Below are positions 1 through 12,780 of a stretch of 64,000 nucleotides of DNA, in pieces; within the stretch, counting starts at the first letter, position 1, and every line of letters begins with the position of its first letter. The position numbers and the translations under genes are program-made. Source of the stretch: Octopus vulgaris (taxonomy: Eukaryota). The notes below the pieces were generated by a model that saw nothing but the letters and a program-made list of their open reading frames with translations, had not been told where the DNA came from and did not search any database. The stretch spans positions 9,982,001 to 10,046,000 of the forward strand of contig OX597838.1 in assembly GCA_951406725.2 (NCBI GenBank). The letters are read 5' to 3'.

Positions 1-143
1 CTTTCAGTTTCCGTCTACCAAATCCACTCACAAGGCATTGGTCAGCCCGGGGCTATAGCAGAAGACACTTGCCCAAGATGCCACGCAGTGGGACTGAACC
101 CGGAACCATGTGGTTGGTTAGCAAGCTACTTACCACACAGCCA
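1..143 (-). mobile_element. tRNA-derived CORE-type SINE (family A), 5' part, cut by window edge
   Basis: The reverse complement has A-box-like TGGCTGTGTGG, B-box-like GGTTCAGTCCC and CORE-like CTTGGGCAAGT. Near-identical to copies at 2535, 14115, 32171 and 39872. Confidence 0.9.
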
Positions 144-229
144 TTTTAAATTTTACTTAAGTAGGGGAAAAGAAAACGAAATTTGAATATTTATTTTTAA
201 ATTCAAATTCAAGTTCGAATTTCACTTAC

Positions 230-779
230 ATTTTTCATTTAAATTTCGGTTTGGGAAAAAGAAAGACCAATTTTATCAATTTGAAATCAATATCAATTTA
301 AAATAGTGGGTGGGGGTGTAGTCTTTTTCTTTTTAATTTCCCCCCTCCCCCCATCCATCAATAATGGATGTGTGGATTTAATCAAAATTCCTATTTTTGA
401 CTCGAAATTTTCTCAGGGTATCTCTGAATCCTTGGACAAGATGTTATTTTCTGCTAGCTTAAGTTTTCCTGCAACAAAGGCTTTCCTTTTGTTTGCTTGT
501 TTATTTATTTTATCTTCTTTTTTTTTTTTTTATTAATTTGAGACGCATCATCCAATTTTCAGATTCATCAAACCATACTGATATGGAATGAATTAATGAA
601 AAATACATAAGTGGGGGGGGGAGAAGCAAAAAAAAAAAAAAAGCACACAGAACAGAACACAACATTGTAATTATGTATCCCAGCTTTCTCTTTTCCTATC
701 TTCCTCTTTCTGTCATGTGTAGCTTGGGCAAGCTCCTAACATCAATAACAGTGACTGTGGAAAAGGTGACATCTAAAGA

Positions 780-813
<34 letters not shown>

Positions 814-1020
814 TAACACTTTGCTATTTTATGGTTGTGGGAGGCCTGGTTGGCAGTGGGGAAGCGGGGGGTGGGTGGGGCAGGTGTTCTATGTGTGTCA
901 ACTGCATACTGATGTTGAGTCTGGGTACAGTGAAAAATGTAGCTGTAGGTAGTAAGGAAATTGCAGTGGTAGCAGCTGCCACTGCTAGGCTGGGCTGCAA
1001 TTCACTGGTAGTTTTCAACT
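230..1020 (-). other. Possible first exon of a minus-strand gene (long 5' UTR ending ATG AAA AAT then GTAAGT donor)
   Basis: TE-free unique sequence. Initiator-like TTAGTT on the minus strand near 1020 lies downstream of GA repeats. ATG at 238-236 is followed by a consensus donor GTAAGT at 229-224. No homology evidence. Confidence 0.25.
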
Positions 1021-1223
1021 AACTGCTCTCCTCTCGACACAACAATCCACTTCTCTCTCTCTCTCTCGCTCTCGCTCCACTAACAGGGTGGTGACTTGGT
1101 GGTTATTGTTATGGTGCTACTGCTACTACTATTACTACTATTACTACTATTACAACGACTACTGCTACTGCGAATCTGACAAATTGTAGTTTGCTATTAC
1201 TACAACTAGTCCAAGACAGATTG

Positions 1224-1255
<32 letters not shown>

Positions 1256-1520
1256 CTGTTTCTATCTAATTCTTTCTCTCTTTTTTCCATCTATATTACT
1301 GTGGTTAGCAAGTATCACGCATTCACTTTTAGTACCCTCTTCTCTCTCTCTCTCTCTCTTCCCTCTATTTCTCTCTTTCCCATCTCCCCCTCCCTCTCCT
1401 GCACACACTCATTCCTCGTGTCTTATTCTCTGTCAGACTTCCTGGCTATTTCTTTGTTTCTAGTGAACAACTCTGCCTTGGTTTTCTGCTTCCACTCCAA
1501 CTTTAGTCAGTGACTCTTAT
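1021..1520. promoter_or_regulatory. Promoter-like region with (CT)n/(GA)n tracts, possibly bidirectional
   Basis: TE-free, with several GA/CT tracts and Inr-like motifs on both strands (TTAGTT minus ~1020; TCATT ~1408 and TCAGT ~1507 plus). Inference only. Confidence 0.25.
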
Positions 1521-1524
1521 TTAA

Positions 1525-1630
<106 letters not shown>

Positions 1631-2534
1631 TTTTATAATCTGTTCTACCTATCCATTTTCTCTCAAACTTTTTTTTTTTGGCGGCAAACCCTTATATTTT
1701 CTTCAAGTATTCTGCACATCATTCTCTCTTTCCTATTTTTTTTAATCTTGTGTTTTGGGCTTTTTTTCTTTCTCCTTTTTTTGAAGGGAAAAAAAAAAAG
1801 AAAAGCTAATGTTAGAGAATTTGACAAATAATAATAATATATAAATAAATAAAAAGGTCAAACATTCTGGAAAATATAACAACCTGATTACATTAATGAA
1901 GCTGGCTAATTCCCACTTGTGTACAGGAAGCTCCTGGTTGATGGAATGTTTTTTTTTTTTAATCAGACACACACACACACACACACACACACCACAGCAA
2001 ACTGGAATATTCAGTTCATTATTGGTGATGTTTATGTTACGGTAGTGTAGCAGTAAGGATTTTGATGGTGTTAACTCTTTAGCTGGTTTAAATTATTGCC
2101 GTTCTGATTCTGATTTTGACTCTGGCCATACTGTAATAATTGTTGTTATGGTTGCTGGTGGTGGTGTTGATCAAAGAAGCATAATTTATAACTATAAACA
2201 TAATTTATAATTTATAAACATAATTTATAATTAAAGGGATTCCAGCCATAGGTCTCCCATCTCTTTCCCACCCACCTAACCTCAGATGTAAAGATGTTAT
2301 TTTGTGAGAGATTTTATTGCTATTTCCAGCAAGTTAGTTGTCCTCCACTCCTTTGGTTTGTGATATTAGTATTCCTTTGGTGTAGTAATGGTGGAATTGG
2401 TAAGCATGTTGTTTACTATAAAGGAAACAACTTCACTTTACTAAAGGTTTTGAAAGAAGTGGCCTGTTCGACTTGCTGAAAATATAAGGCTTTGTGGGGA
2501 AAAAAAAAAAAGAAAAAGAAAAATTATTAGTCAT

Positions 2535-2922
2535 GCGCAGGAGTGGCTGTGTGGTAAGTAGCTTGCTTACCAACCACATGGTTCCGGGTTCATTCCCACT
2601 GCATGGCACCTTGGGTAAGTGTCTTCTACTATAGCCTCGGGCCGACCAATGCCTTGTGAGTGGATTTGGTAGACGGAAACTGAAAGAAGCCCGTCGTATA
2701 TATGTATATATATGTGTGTGCGTGTTTGTCCCCCCAACATCGCTTGATAACCGATGCTGTTGTGTCTATATCCCCGTAACTTAGCGGTTCAACAAAAGAG
2801 ACCGATAGAATAAGTACTAGGCTTACAAAGAATAAGTCCTGGGGGTCGATTTGCTCGACTAAAAAGTGGTGCTCCAGCATGGCCACAGTCAAATGACTGA
2901 AACAAGTAAAAGAGTAAAGAGT
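2535..2922 (+). mobile_element. Family A SINE, full length
   Basis: tRNA-like head with A/B boxes, CORE-like CCTTGGGTAAGT, internal TA/TG microsatellite, tail ending GAAACAAGTAAAAGAGTAAAGAGT. Multiple copies in the window. Confidence 0.92.
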
Positions 2923-3214
2923 CATATTCTTATTAGTAAGTCATATTATAGGTTCAGTTTAATTGACTGTAGACCTTTCTTGTAAAATGGGAAATTGGTT
3001 TAGCATTGGTCATGGGACTAAATGCCAAACAGTATTTTGTTTTGCCCTACCATGAACTTTGCCCTTCATCCACACTGAGATCAATAAAGTAAGTTCTAGT
3101 AGTCATCTGTCTGCTAGAGACAGCCATTCATTTGACCACCTCTCAAAATCTGTAACCTTGTACAAGTGTAAGAAATCATTACAAAAGGAGAAAAGGGCTC
3201 TCTACCCCCCCCCC

Positions 3215-3420
3215 CTTTTGACCAGGCTCCCGTTGGCTTTTATGGGTTTTTTCCACCTGGAACCTTTCATAACACCTCCCCCTATTGGGAGTTTTTCCTT
3301 GTTAAACTGCTTTTTTACTCGGGTTTTTTCACAAACGGACAAAACCGTTTGTTCCTTTATGTTATAATTAATTTTTGTCAGCCCTTGTGGCCAATAAAAG
3401 AATTAATTATTATTATTATT
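3215..3420 (+). mobile_element. Probable LINE 3' end with (ATT)n tail
   Basis: Ends AGCCCTTGTGGCCAATAAAAGAA plus (ATT)n. The same terminal motif occurs on the SINE at 58529-58756 (AGCCACTTGTGGGTAATAAAGAA). Confidence 0.45.
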
Positions 3421-5770
3421 ACAAGATGGTGAGCTGGCAGAATTGTTACTTAGCACACTGGGCAACATGCTCTGCAGTATTTTGTCCATGTTCTATGTTC
3501 TGAGTTCAAATTCTGCTGAGGTTACCTTTGTCTTTCATCCTTTTGGGGTCAATTATGCATGGAGGTCTATGTAATCTACTATGTAATCTATTAACCCCCC
3601 CTCTCCCAGTATTTCAGGCCTTGTGCCTATTGTAGAAAGGATTATTATTATTATAAAGGCAGTAAGCTGGTTAAATCGTTAATGCATCAGACAAAATGTT
3701 TAGGAGCATTTCCTCCAGCTCTGTATGTTCTGAGTTCAAATACTGGTGAGGTCAAGTTCACCTTTAATCCTTTCAGGGTTGATAAAGTAAGTACCAGTCA
3801 AGTACTGGAGCCAGTATGATTTGACTTATCCCTTGCCTCAATAGTGCTAGCTCTGTGCCAAAATTAGAAATAATTGTTGTTTTTGTTGTTGTTAAAGGTA
3901 GTGCTTAGGAGAGTTGATAGCAAGTTGGGCAAAATGCTTAGTGGTATTTCACCTGCCTTGACGTTCTGAGTTCAAATTCTGGCAAAATCAACTTTATCTT
4001 TCATCCCTTTGGGGTCGTTAAAATAAGTACCATTTGAGTACTAGGTTCAATCTACCCCCCCCCCCCGGAAATTGCTGGCCTTGTGCCAACATTTGAAATC
4101 ATCATCATCATTATTATTATAACCAATCTACCAGTGAGCTGGTAGAATCGTTAGCATGTCAGGCAAAATGCTTAGTGTTATTTTGTCTGTCTTTATGTTC
4201 TGAGTTCAAATTCCACTGTGGTCAACTTTGCCTTTCATCCATTCAAGATCAATAAGTACCAGTTAAGCACTGGAGTCAATGTAATTGATTTACCCCTACC
4301 CCCAAAATATCAGGCCTTGTGCTTAAGTAGAAAGGAAAGCAAACCAAAATACCTTGTGGTATTTAGTTACATCCCTCCTAGTTCTGAGTTGAAACCTTTC
4401 TGCAATTGATTTTGGCTCTCATCCTGGAATCAATGGTTATTCACTTGCTTCCTCTCCTCAAAACGGACTGGCCTTCTTCCTAAATCAGAAACAGTTATAA
4501 AATTGTACTGGATTGGCTGAATCGTTAAAGTATGAGAAAAAAATTTGTTCTGGCTCCTTGTTTTGAGTTCAAATCTACCATGGTTAATTTATCCTGTCCT
4601 CAAAACAAAGTACCAGTCAAGTACTGGGGTTGATGTAATCAACTCACCTTTCTTGTCAAAATTGTCTTGGATTGGCAGAATCATTGGAGCATTGGATAAA
4701 ATGCCTTGTACTATTTGGTTATATATAATTCTTTACATCCTGAGTTCAAATCCTGCCAAGGTCAATTTTGCCTTTCGTCCTTTCAAGACTGATAAAATAA
4801 AGTACCAATCAAGTAGTACCTCCCTTTAAAATTACTGGCTGTCTGCCTAAATCCGTAATTATTACTAATGTCTGAGTTCAAATTCTTCAAGGTCGACTGT
4901 GCTCTTCATCCTTTTGGTGCTAATGAAGCAAGTACCATTTGAGCACTGGGGTGATGTAATTGAGTCGCCCTGTGTCTCCCTTCCCATACAAATTTCAGGC
5001 CTTGTGCCTATAGTTGAAGGGATTATTATTATTATTATTTGCCAACTCGTGGCCGATGCCAGCGCTGCCTCGACTGGCTTCCGTGCCGGTGGCACATAAA
5101 ATGCACCAATCCGACCGTGGCCGTTGCCAGCCTTGCCTGGCACCTGTGCAGGTGGCACGTAAAAAGCACCCACTACACTCACGGAGTGGTTGGCGTTAGG
5201 AAGGGCATCCAGCTGTAGAAACATTGCCAGATAAGACTGGAGCCTGGTGCAGCCTTCTGGCTTCCTAGATCCCCGGTTGAACCGTCCAACCCATGCTAGC
5301 ATGGAGAACGGACGTTAAACGATGATGATGATGTTGTTGTTGTTGAGGTAGTGAGCTGGCAGAATCATTATCATGCTGGCCAAAATGCTCAGAAGCATTT
5401 CGTCTGTCGTTATGTACGGAGTTCAAAATTCCGCTAAGGTTGACTATGCCTTTCATACTTTTGGGGTTGATTAAATAAGTACCAGCAAAGCTCTGGGGGT
5501 CGGTGTAACCAACTAGCCCCAGAATTTCAGACCTTGTGCCTATGGTAGTGAGGATTGTTAAAGGGCAGTGATCTGGCAGAACCATTAAGCATGTCAGACA
5601 AAATGCATAGTGATATTTCTTCCAGCTCTTTACATTCTGAGTTCAAATAATCATCAAGATTGAGTAAGCATTTCTTCCTTTTGGATTTGATAAAATAAGC
5701 ACTGGGTTCTATCTAATCAACCTCCTTTTCCTTATTGCTGGCATTGTGCCAAAATTAGAAGTATTATTAT
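3421..5770 (+). mobile_element. Head-to-tail cluster of about 10 diverged family B tRNA-SINE units
   Basis: Recurring GAGCTGGCAGAATCG (A box), TTCTGAGTTCAAAT (B box), GCCTTTCATCCTTT.GGGGTC.ATAAAATAAGTACC and GGCCTTGTGCC + (ATT)n, at roughly 170-240 bp spacing. Confidence 0.85.
5050..5345 (+). mobile_element. Family C (GAT)n-tailed retroposon inserted in the SINE cluster
   Basis: GGCGTTAGGAAGGGCATCCAGC...CCCATGCTAGCATGG...CGTTAAACGATGATGAT. Copies at 24544, 46813, 50419 and 62735. Confidence 0.88.
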
Positions 5771-6070
5771 CCATTTATAGTACTTCTAATTCAATTATGT
5801 ATCTTTTTTTTTTTTTTAGCCCCAAGTCCATCTGACTAGATTTTGCTTTTCTCCTATCTTATATCAATGAAAGGTATGGATGTGAAATGACTCTCTGGAT
5901 CTACGGGCAAAATTATCACTTAGACTATGAGGGGGTTTAGATTGCAAGTTCATTATTATTATTATTATTATTTTTTAGTTGTTTCAATACCTTTGAGCCA
6001 CTAAATCCTTCTAAAAGTGAGGAATTCACACATTGTTGATTCCTTTCCATCTTTGAATATTAATAGCTTT

Positions 6071-6110
6071 TGTGTGTGTGTACACACACAAATACACACA
6101 TAGATATAAA

Positions 6111-6141
<31 letters not shown>

Positions 6142-6152
6142 ACATAAATGCA

Positions 6153-6198
<46 letters not shown>

Positions 6199-6246
6199 AA
6201 CATAAATGCATGCATATATATATATATATACACAAACATAAATGCA

Positions 6247-6292
<46 letters not shown>

Positions 6293-6334
6293 AACATAAA
6301 TGCATGCATATATATATACACAAACATAAATGCA

Positions 6335-6374
<40 letters not shown>

Positions 6375-6410
6375 TTTACACGCAGACACACACGCGTGTG
6401 TGTGTGCGTG
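6071..6410. repeat. Minisatellite: about 5 units of ACAAACATAAATGCATGCA + variable (TA)n
   Basis: Seen directly. Explains the YI-repeat ORFs at 6001-6481. Confidence 0.95.
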
Positions 6411-6554
6411 TAAAGATGGGAATGTTGTATATTGAAAAGCCTTCCCTCACTGAGATGTGGTCACTTCCAGCACTCCAATGATTTGGAGGGATGAGGAGTT
6501 CAGTAGGAGGCGATCAGTAAAGCATTCCTTCTGTTTTGTAATATGCAATGATAT

Positions 6555-6602
<48 letters not shown>

Positions 6603-6951
6603 ATAAAGGAGTGTGTCGGTTATACACCAGTGTGTGTGTGTAAATTTTCAATTCATTTCTCTGTCTCTTCTTGTATGAATGAATGGAAATTACTACAGCT
6701 TGCAAGTAGAAACCACATATTCAAATGGTAGTAGTTGTTGTCTGTTCGTCACTACTATACCTATTCTGTACAGCACAGTCAGCTTTACTTCTTGCGATAA
6801 GCTGTTATCCATTTATCTGTGTGTGTGTGTCTGTGTGTAAATGTGTGGCTATTTATCTCCTCTTATATTTTCCTCTTTCTCTCTCTCCCTCTTCTCCTCT
6901 CTGTCCATCTGTCTATATACTTTCTTTCTTTTTCTTTCTTTTTCTTTCTTT

Positions 6952-7154
6952 TTCTTTTTACTTGTTTCAGTCATTTGACTGCGGCCATGCTGGAGCACCG
7001 CCTTTCATCGAGCAACTCGACCCCGGGACTTATTCTTTTGTAAGCCCAGTACTTATTCTATTGGTCTCTTTTGCCGAACCGCTAAGTGACGGGGACGTAA
7101 ACACACCAGCATCGGTTATCAAGCAATGCTAGGGGGACAAATACAGACACACAA

Positions 7155-7207
<53 letters not shown>

Positions 7208-7371
7208 TACGACGGGCTTCTTTCAGTTTCCGTCTACCAAATCCACTCACAAGGCTTTGGTCGGCCCGAGGCTATAGTAGAAGACACTTGCCCAAGGTGC
7301 CACGCAGTGGGATTGAACCCGGAACCATGTGGCTGGTAAACAAGCTACTTACCACACAGCCACTCCTGCGC
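6952..7371 (-). mobile_element. Family A SINE, full length
   Basis: Reverse complement of the 2535-2922 element. Confidence 0.92.
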
Positions 7372-8030
7372 CTATACGTCTATATATGTCTGACAATAGA
7401 GTTATGAATGTATATATGATGTAAAAATGCATCTTTTTCTTGCCAGCATCAACATCTTTTATTCCCATCCAGTCTTTTGTGTCTTTTTTGTTGTTAGCCA
7501 AGCTTGTTCTTGTTCCAATCAATGTTGAATAATTTTTCATTCCTAGGTGTTGGTGCTGCAATCAGTTTGTGAATGATTCTAGCATTTCTAGTGTAGAGTT
7601 GTTTGTGTTCACAAGCAAGTACCAAGTACGTCAGTACTTGCTAGTGAACACAAACAGTACTTGCTAGTGAACACTACTAACAGAATATTAACAGCTTTCC
7701 TTCCTCGTGTTATGGTTGTGATATACTTGCTTGCTTTACTAAGCTACATGCCAATTCCTTTTATTTTTTTTTGTGTGTGTGTTCTTTCGGTTGTTGTCAT
7801 TTTAAATATCTTTGTAAAAATATTCTGTGTGCACAAAGTTTTTTCATTTTTATTTTTCCTTCCTGTTCTCCCCCTTATATTCAATGAACTGCTCCGTTCT
7901 TGGCTGACATATTGATTTTAGCTTGAGACCACTCTTAGGCAGACATCTGAACTGTGTGTGTATTGCTCTGTGTCCTCCTCAGCACTGATGACAAACTCAC
8001 CAGTACATAATACATTTAGCTAGTACATGC

Positions 8031-8067
<37 letters not shown>

Positions 8068-8152
8068 TTTGTGATAATGCTAGTTCTGATGGCTACCCAC
8101 AACCATCACAACTTGTAATATACAATTTCCTTTTATATATATATATAAGGAA

Positions 8153-8210
<58 letters not shown>

Positions 8211-8972
8211 CTGTGTGAGACAGGAGAGAAAGTATGGAAGATAGATAGCTAATGCAACTTGGGTTTCATATCTGATGTATTATTCCTTGATCCAGTTAGA
8301 CCTTTGTAGATTAATGTTATTAATCTGATAATCCTTTTTGCCTATCAATTACTGATGAAAATCTGAATGTGATTATGTTAAAGTATGAAAGATATTGTGT
8401 TACTATTTTACATGGTGTTTTCTAATAATTCTTTTCTTCCCCGGTGGTGGTCACAGTGACGACAGAGCCTATATTTAGAGCTGATTTGCTATTTATTTAA
8501 ACATTAGCCAGGCCCTCAGTCTGACAAAAGAGCTAGTCTTTAAACAAAACAATCTCTCAATACCACCCTTCACTACCTGTTGTCGTTGATATCAAAACAA
8601 ACTCTAATTAAGTAAAGATTTATCAGCAGATAGTGTGTAATGGAGTGGAAACCTGCAACTTGCATTGTCTCCCACAGAGAATTTTGGAATTCCTTCTGTC
8701 ATGGCTTCATTCGTCTGTCTTCAGTTTCTTTGTCACTGGTCTATTCCATTGAGGATGGCTGTTTTGACACGAGATGTTTTCTTTCTCTGGAACACAAAGA
8801 ACTTATGGGGAGAAATATCTTACTTACTCCAGTGAATGTGTGTGTGTGTGTGTGCGAGAGAGAGAGAGAAAAAGAGAGAGAGAGAGAGGATATTACAGAA
8901 ACTGAATATCTGCGATAGCTCAAACATTAACAATTCTTTTCTCTCAGTATTTGCTATCTTAGTCTGCATAGG

Positions 8973-9009
<37 letters not shown>

Positions 9010-9411
9010 TTTTTCTTCTTTTAGTTTCATAGTTACATACTTCTTGCATATTTCTATTCGAGTAACTGGTCATTCAGATAGATATAACACCACCTACCTC
9101 TTTTTTAAACTGAAAATATCATTTTCCACTTGATAAATACTATTTCAAGTTTTGGTGGTTGTTGTTGTTGTTGTTGTTTTATAACTTTTTTTTTTTTTTT
9201 TTTTAGTCTTTTACATTCATCTTTAAATAAATCTCTCTCAGATTCCTCGTCTTCTTCTGTTTGTGTAAGGGCGCTATTGTTGAATAGCATTGATCATTTC
9301 TGATTGATTTCAGATTTCACAAACTTACCTTATCGGAATGTATCAAACATAGACTTAAGGTTGACCCACATATCCATTACTCCTGTATGTGCACACACAC
9401 ACACACACACA

Positions 9412-9462
<51 letters not shown>

Positions 9463-9739
9463 GTAATATTTAACTCAAACACTAGTACCCGTATTTAGTC
9501 ATCATTCTTGCCATATTCCACACTGTTTCTATTGTGGATCATGCCATATTAAACTACTTCAATGTAAACTAAAAAGAACCTTATCTCTATCGCCATTTCT
9601 CATGAGTATATGTAAATATGTGATAGGCTTTGTCACCTGCTTTGTTGTTTTTATTTTCCTACTAAGACAGCACGTATGGGGGTGGGGGTCATTGCTGTTT
9701 TTGTTTGTTTGTTTGTTTTTTTATCTTGTCCCAGTTTTT

Positions 9740-9902
9740 GGATGGACTGTAGCCATACTGTAGCACCACTTGAAATATTTTAGTTGAACTTTTTTTTTAA
9801 GCCTGCTACTTACTTATTCTATCAGTCTCTTTGTTTACATCCTTGTAGCTACAAGGATGTAAACAAACTTTCACTGGCTGTTAAGCAGTTGTGGGAGACG
9901 AA

Positions 9903-9933
<31 letters not shown>

Positions 9934-10103
9934 TACACACACACACACACACACACCACAATTTTCCTCATGGTTTCCACCTACCAAATTCACTCACAAG
10001 AGACTGGTTGGCTATAGTAGAACTTGAATTCATGTGGGACTGAACTTGAATTAGATGTGGTTGCAAAGCAAGCCTTTTAACCATAGAGCCATACCTGGCA
10101 CCT
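9740..10103 (-). mobile_element. Degenerate family A SINE
   Basis: CTACCAAATTCACTCACAAG, GGGACTGAAC and tail remnants. Confidence 0.65.
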
Positions 10104-10280
10104 GTGATGCTGATTATGAAACACCATTCTTTCTCCAGACTCCTTCATGCTGCAAGAAAGAATGACATAAGTCTGTCTTCAGAATTTTTTTTCTTTTTTT
10201 TTTTTCTTCAGTGAATTTCTCCACATTAAAAAAAAATTCTGGTTTTCCATGATAAAACTATCCTTAATTATTGTTCTTTA

Positions 10281-10285
<5 letters not shown>

Positions 10286-10325
<40 letters not shown>

Positions 10326-10335
10326 ATTATTATTA

Positions 10336-10382
<47 letters not shown>

Positions 10383-10421
10383 ATTATTAATTATTATTAT
10401 TATTATTAATATTTATTATTA

Positions 10422-10466
<45 letters not shown>

Positions 10467-10543
10467 ATTATTAATTATTATTATTATTATATTATTATTA
10501 TTATTATTATTATATATTATTATTATTATTATTAATATTATTA

Positions 10544-10622
<79 letters not shown>

Positions 10623-10747
10623 ATTATTAATTATTATTATTATTATTATATTATTATTATTATTATATTATTATTTATTATTATTATTATTATATTATTA
10701 TTATTATTATATTATTAATTATTATTATTATTATTATATTATTATTA

Positions 10748-10797
<50 letters not shown>

Positions 10798-10908
10798 TAT
10801 TAATATTATTATTATTATTATATTATTATTATTATTATTAATATTATTAATTATTATTATTATTATTAATATTATTATTATTATTAATATTATTATTAAT
10901 ATTAATTA

Positions 10909-10956
<48 letters not shown>

Positions 10957-10972
10957 ATATTATTAATTATTA

Positions 10973-11054
<82 letters not shown>

Positions 11055-11080
11055 ATTATTATTATTATTAATTATTATTA

Positions 11081-11116
<36 letters not shown>

Positions 11117-11376
11117 TATTAATTATTATTATTATATTATTATTATTTATTATTATATATTATTATTATTATTATATATTATTATTATTATTATTATTAT
11201 TATTTATTATTATTATTATATTATTATTATTATTATTATTATTAATATTATTATTATTATTATTATATATTATTAATTATTATTATTATTATTATTATTT
11301 ATTATTATTATTAATTATTAATATTATTATTTATTATTAATTATTAATATTATTATTATTATTATTAATATTATTA

Positions 11377-11418
<42 letters not shown>

Positions 11419-11422
11419 ATTA

Positions 11423-11497
<75 letters not shown>

Positions 11498-11569
11498 TAT
11501 TATTATTATTATTATTATTAATTATTATTATTATTATTATATTATATATTATTATTATTAATATTATTA

Positions 11570-11608
<39 letters not shown>

Positions 11609-11615
11609 ATTATTA

Positions 11616-11675
<60 letters not shown>

Positions 11676-11703
11676 ATTATTATTATTATTATTAATATTA
11701 TTA

Positions 11704-11742
<39 letters not shown>

Positions 11743-11746
11743 ATTA

Positions 11747-11845
<99 letters not shown>

Positions 11846-11871
11846 TATTATTATTATTAATATTATTATTT

Positions 11872-11902
<31 letters not shown>

Positions 11903-11969
11903 TTAATATTATTAATTATTATTATTAATATTATTATTTATTATTATTAATTATTATTATTATTTTATT
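10286..11969. repeat. About 1.7 kb imperfect (ATT)n tract
   Basis: Seen directly; almost entirely A/T. Confidence 0.99.
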
Positions 11970-12039
11970 GTTATGAACTGGAATAATCTTTAGCATGTAT
12001 TAAAAAAAATGTTTAGTTGCATTCATTCAGGCTTTTAAC

Positions 12040-12190
12040 ACCCCGAGTTCACATTCTGCCAAGGTCAACTTTGCCTTTCATCCTTTCAGGGTCAATGAAA
12101 TAAGTACTAGTCAAGTGCTGGGGGTCAATAGAATCAACCTACCCCTACCCTCAAAATTGCTGGCCTTGCACCAAAGTTAGAATTATTATT
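12040..12190 (+). mobile_element. Family B SINE, 5'-truncated
   Basis: GAGTTCACATTCTGCCAAGGTCAACTTTGCCTTTCATCCTTTCAGGGTC...GGCCTTGCACC + ATT tail. Confidence 0.8.
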
Positions 12191-12561
12191 GTTATTTGTA
12201 TTAAGAGAAGAGAGTGACAAACAGTAAATCAAAAAATTTTATGATCATTTCTATCTTAAGTTCATATTTGGTTTGACCTTTCCTTTCCTCTGGAGAAGGA
12301 GTTGAACTATTTTAGTAATACCCGGAGAGAACTTCAGCTGTATAAAAACCAGTGGGGGTGGCAGTAAGGTTTGTTTGTGCTGAAGAAAGCAACAAATTTC
12401 CAATTTGATAAATTTGTATGCAACTTAATTATTATTCAGGTCTGAATATTTTTTTTCTTTTTTCATATGCATTTTTAGGCTTTGTCAGCTAATGGTGTCA
12501 AATTTTAATGAGAAAGAGGAGTTTTCTTCGTTTTGATCTCCTTGTCTTCGTCATCATTTAA

Positions 12562-12780
12562 CCCTTTAGTATTTAAACCGGCCTTATCCGGCCAAAATAG
12601 CTAATCTGTTTTATGTTCAAACTGACCAGATCCAGGCTCTCACACCTACCCTACAATGTTATTCTACATTAAGTAATTACACCATCAAGATCTTGAAGAT
12701 ATGAGATAATGCATGATTAATTCAAATCAATGTGAATCAATAAGCATTATGTTTGATAGAATAATCAGAACACTAAAGGG
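12562..12780. mobile_element. TTAA-flanked MITE (piggyBac-like), type 1
   Basis: TTAA|CCCTTTAGT ... ACTAAAGGG|TTAA. Related copies at 26876, 29197, 36250, 44370, 53604, 54394, 56206 and 62560. Confidence 0.85.

Noticed and set aside
2535-2610. tRNA-like sequences at SINE heads
   Set aside because: A/B boxes are present but there is no complete cloverleaf, and they are always fused to a SINE body.
6071-6410. Repeat-spacer look of the ACAAACATAAATGCATGCA units (CRISPR-like)
   Set aside because: The spacers are only (TA)n of variable length, the context is eukaryotic, and there are no cas genes.
6001-6481. Overlapping ORFs rich in YI/CV/HT (also 16828-17604, 21280-21922, 48690-49060)
   Set aside because: They are translations of dinucleotide microsatellites, which lack stop codons.
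7126-7407. Recurrent ORFs such as ASFSFRLPNPLTR and MLAWVGRF
   Set aside because: They are chance translations of family A and C retroposons, not a gene family.
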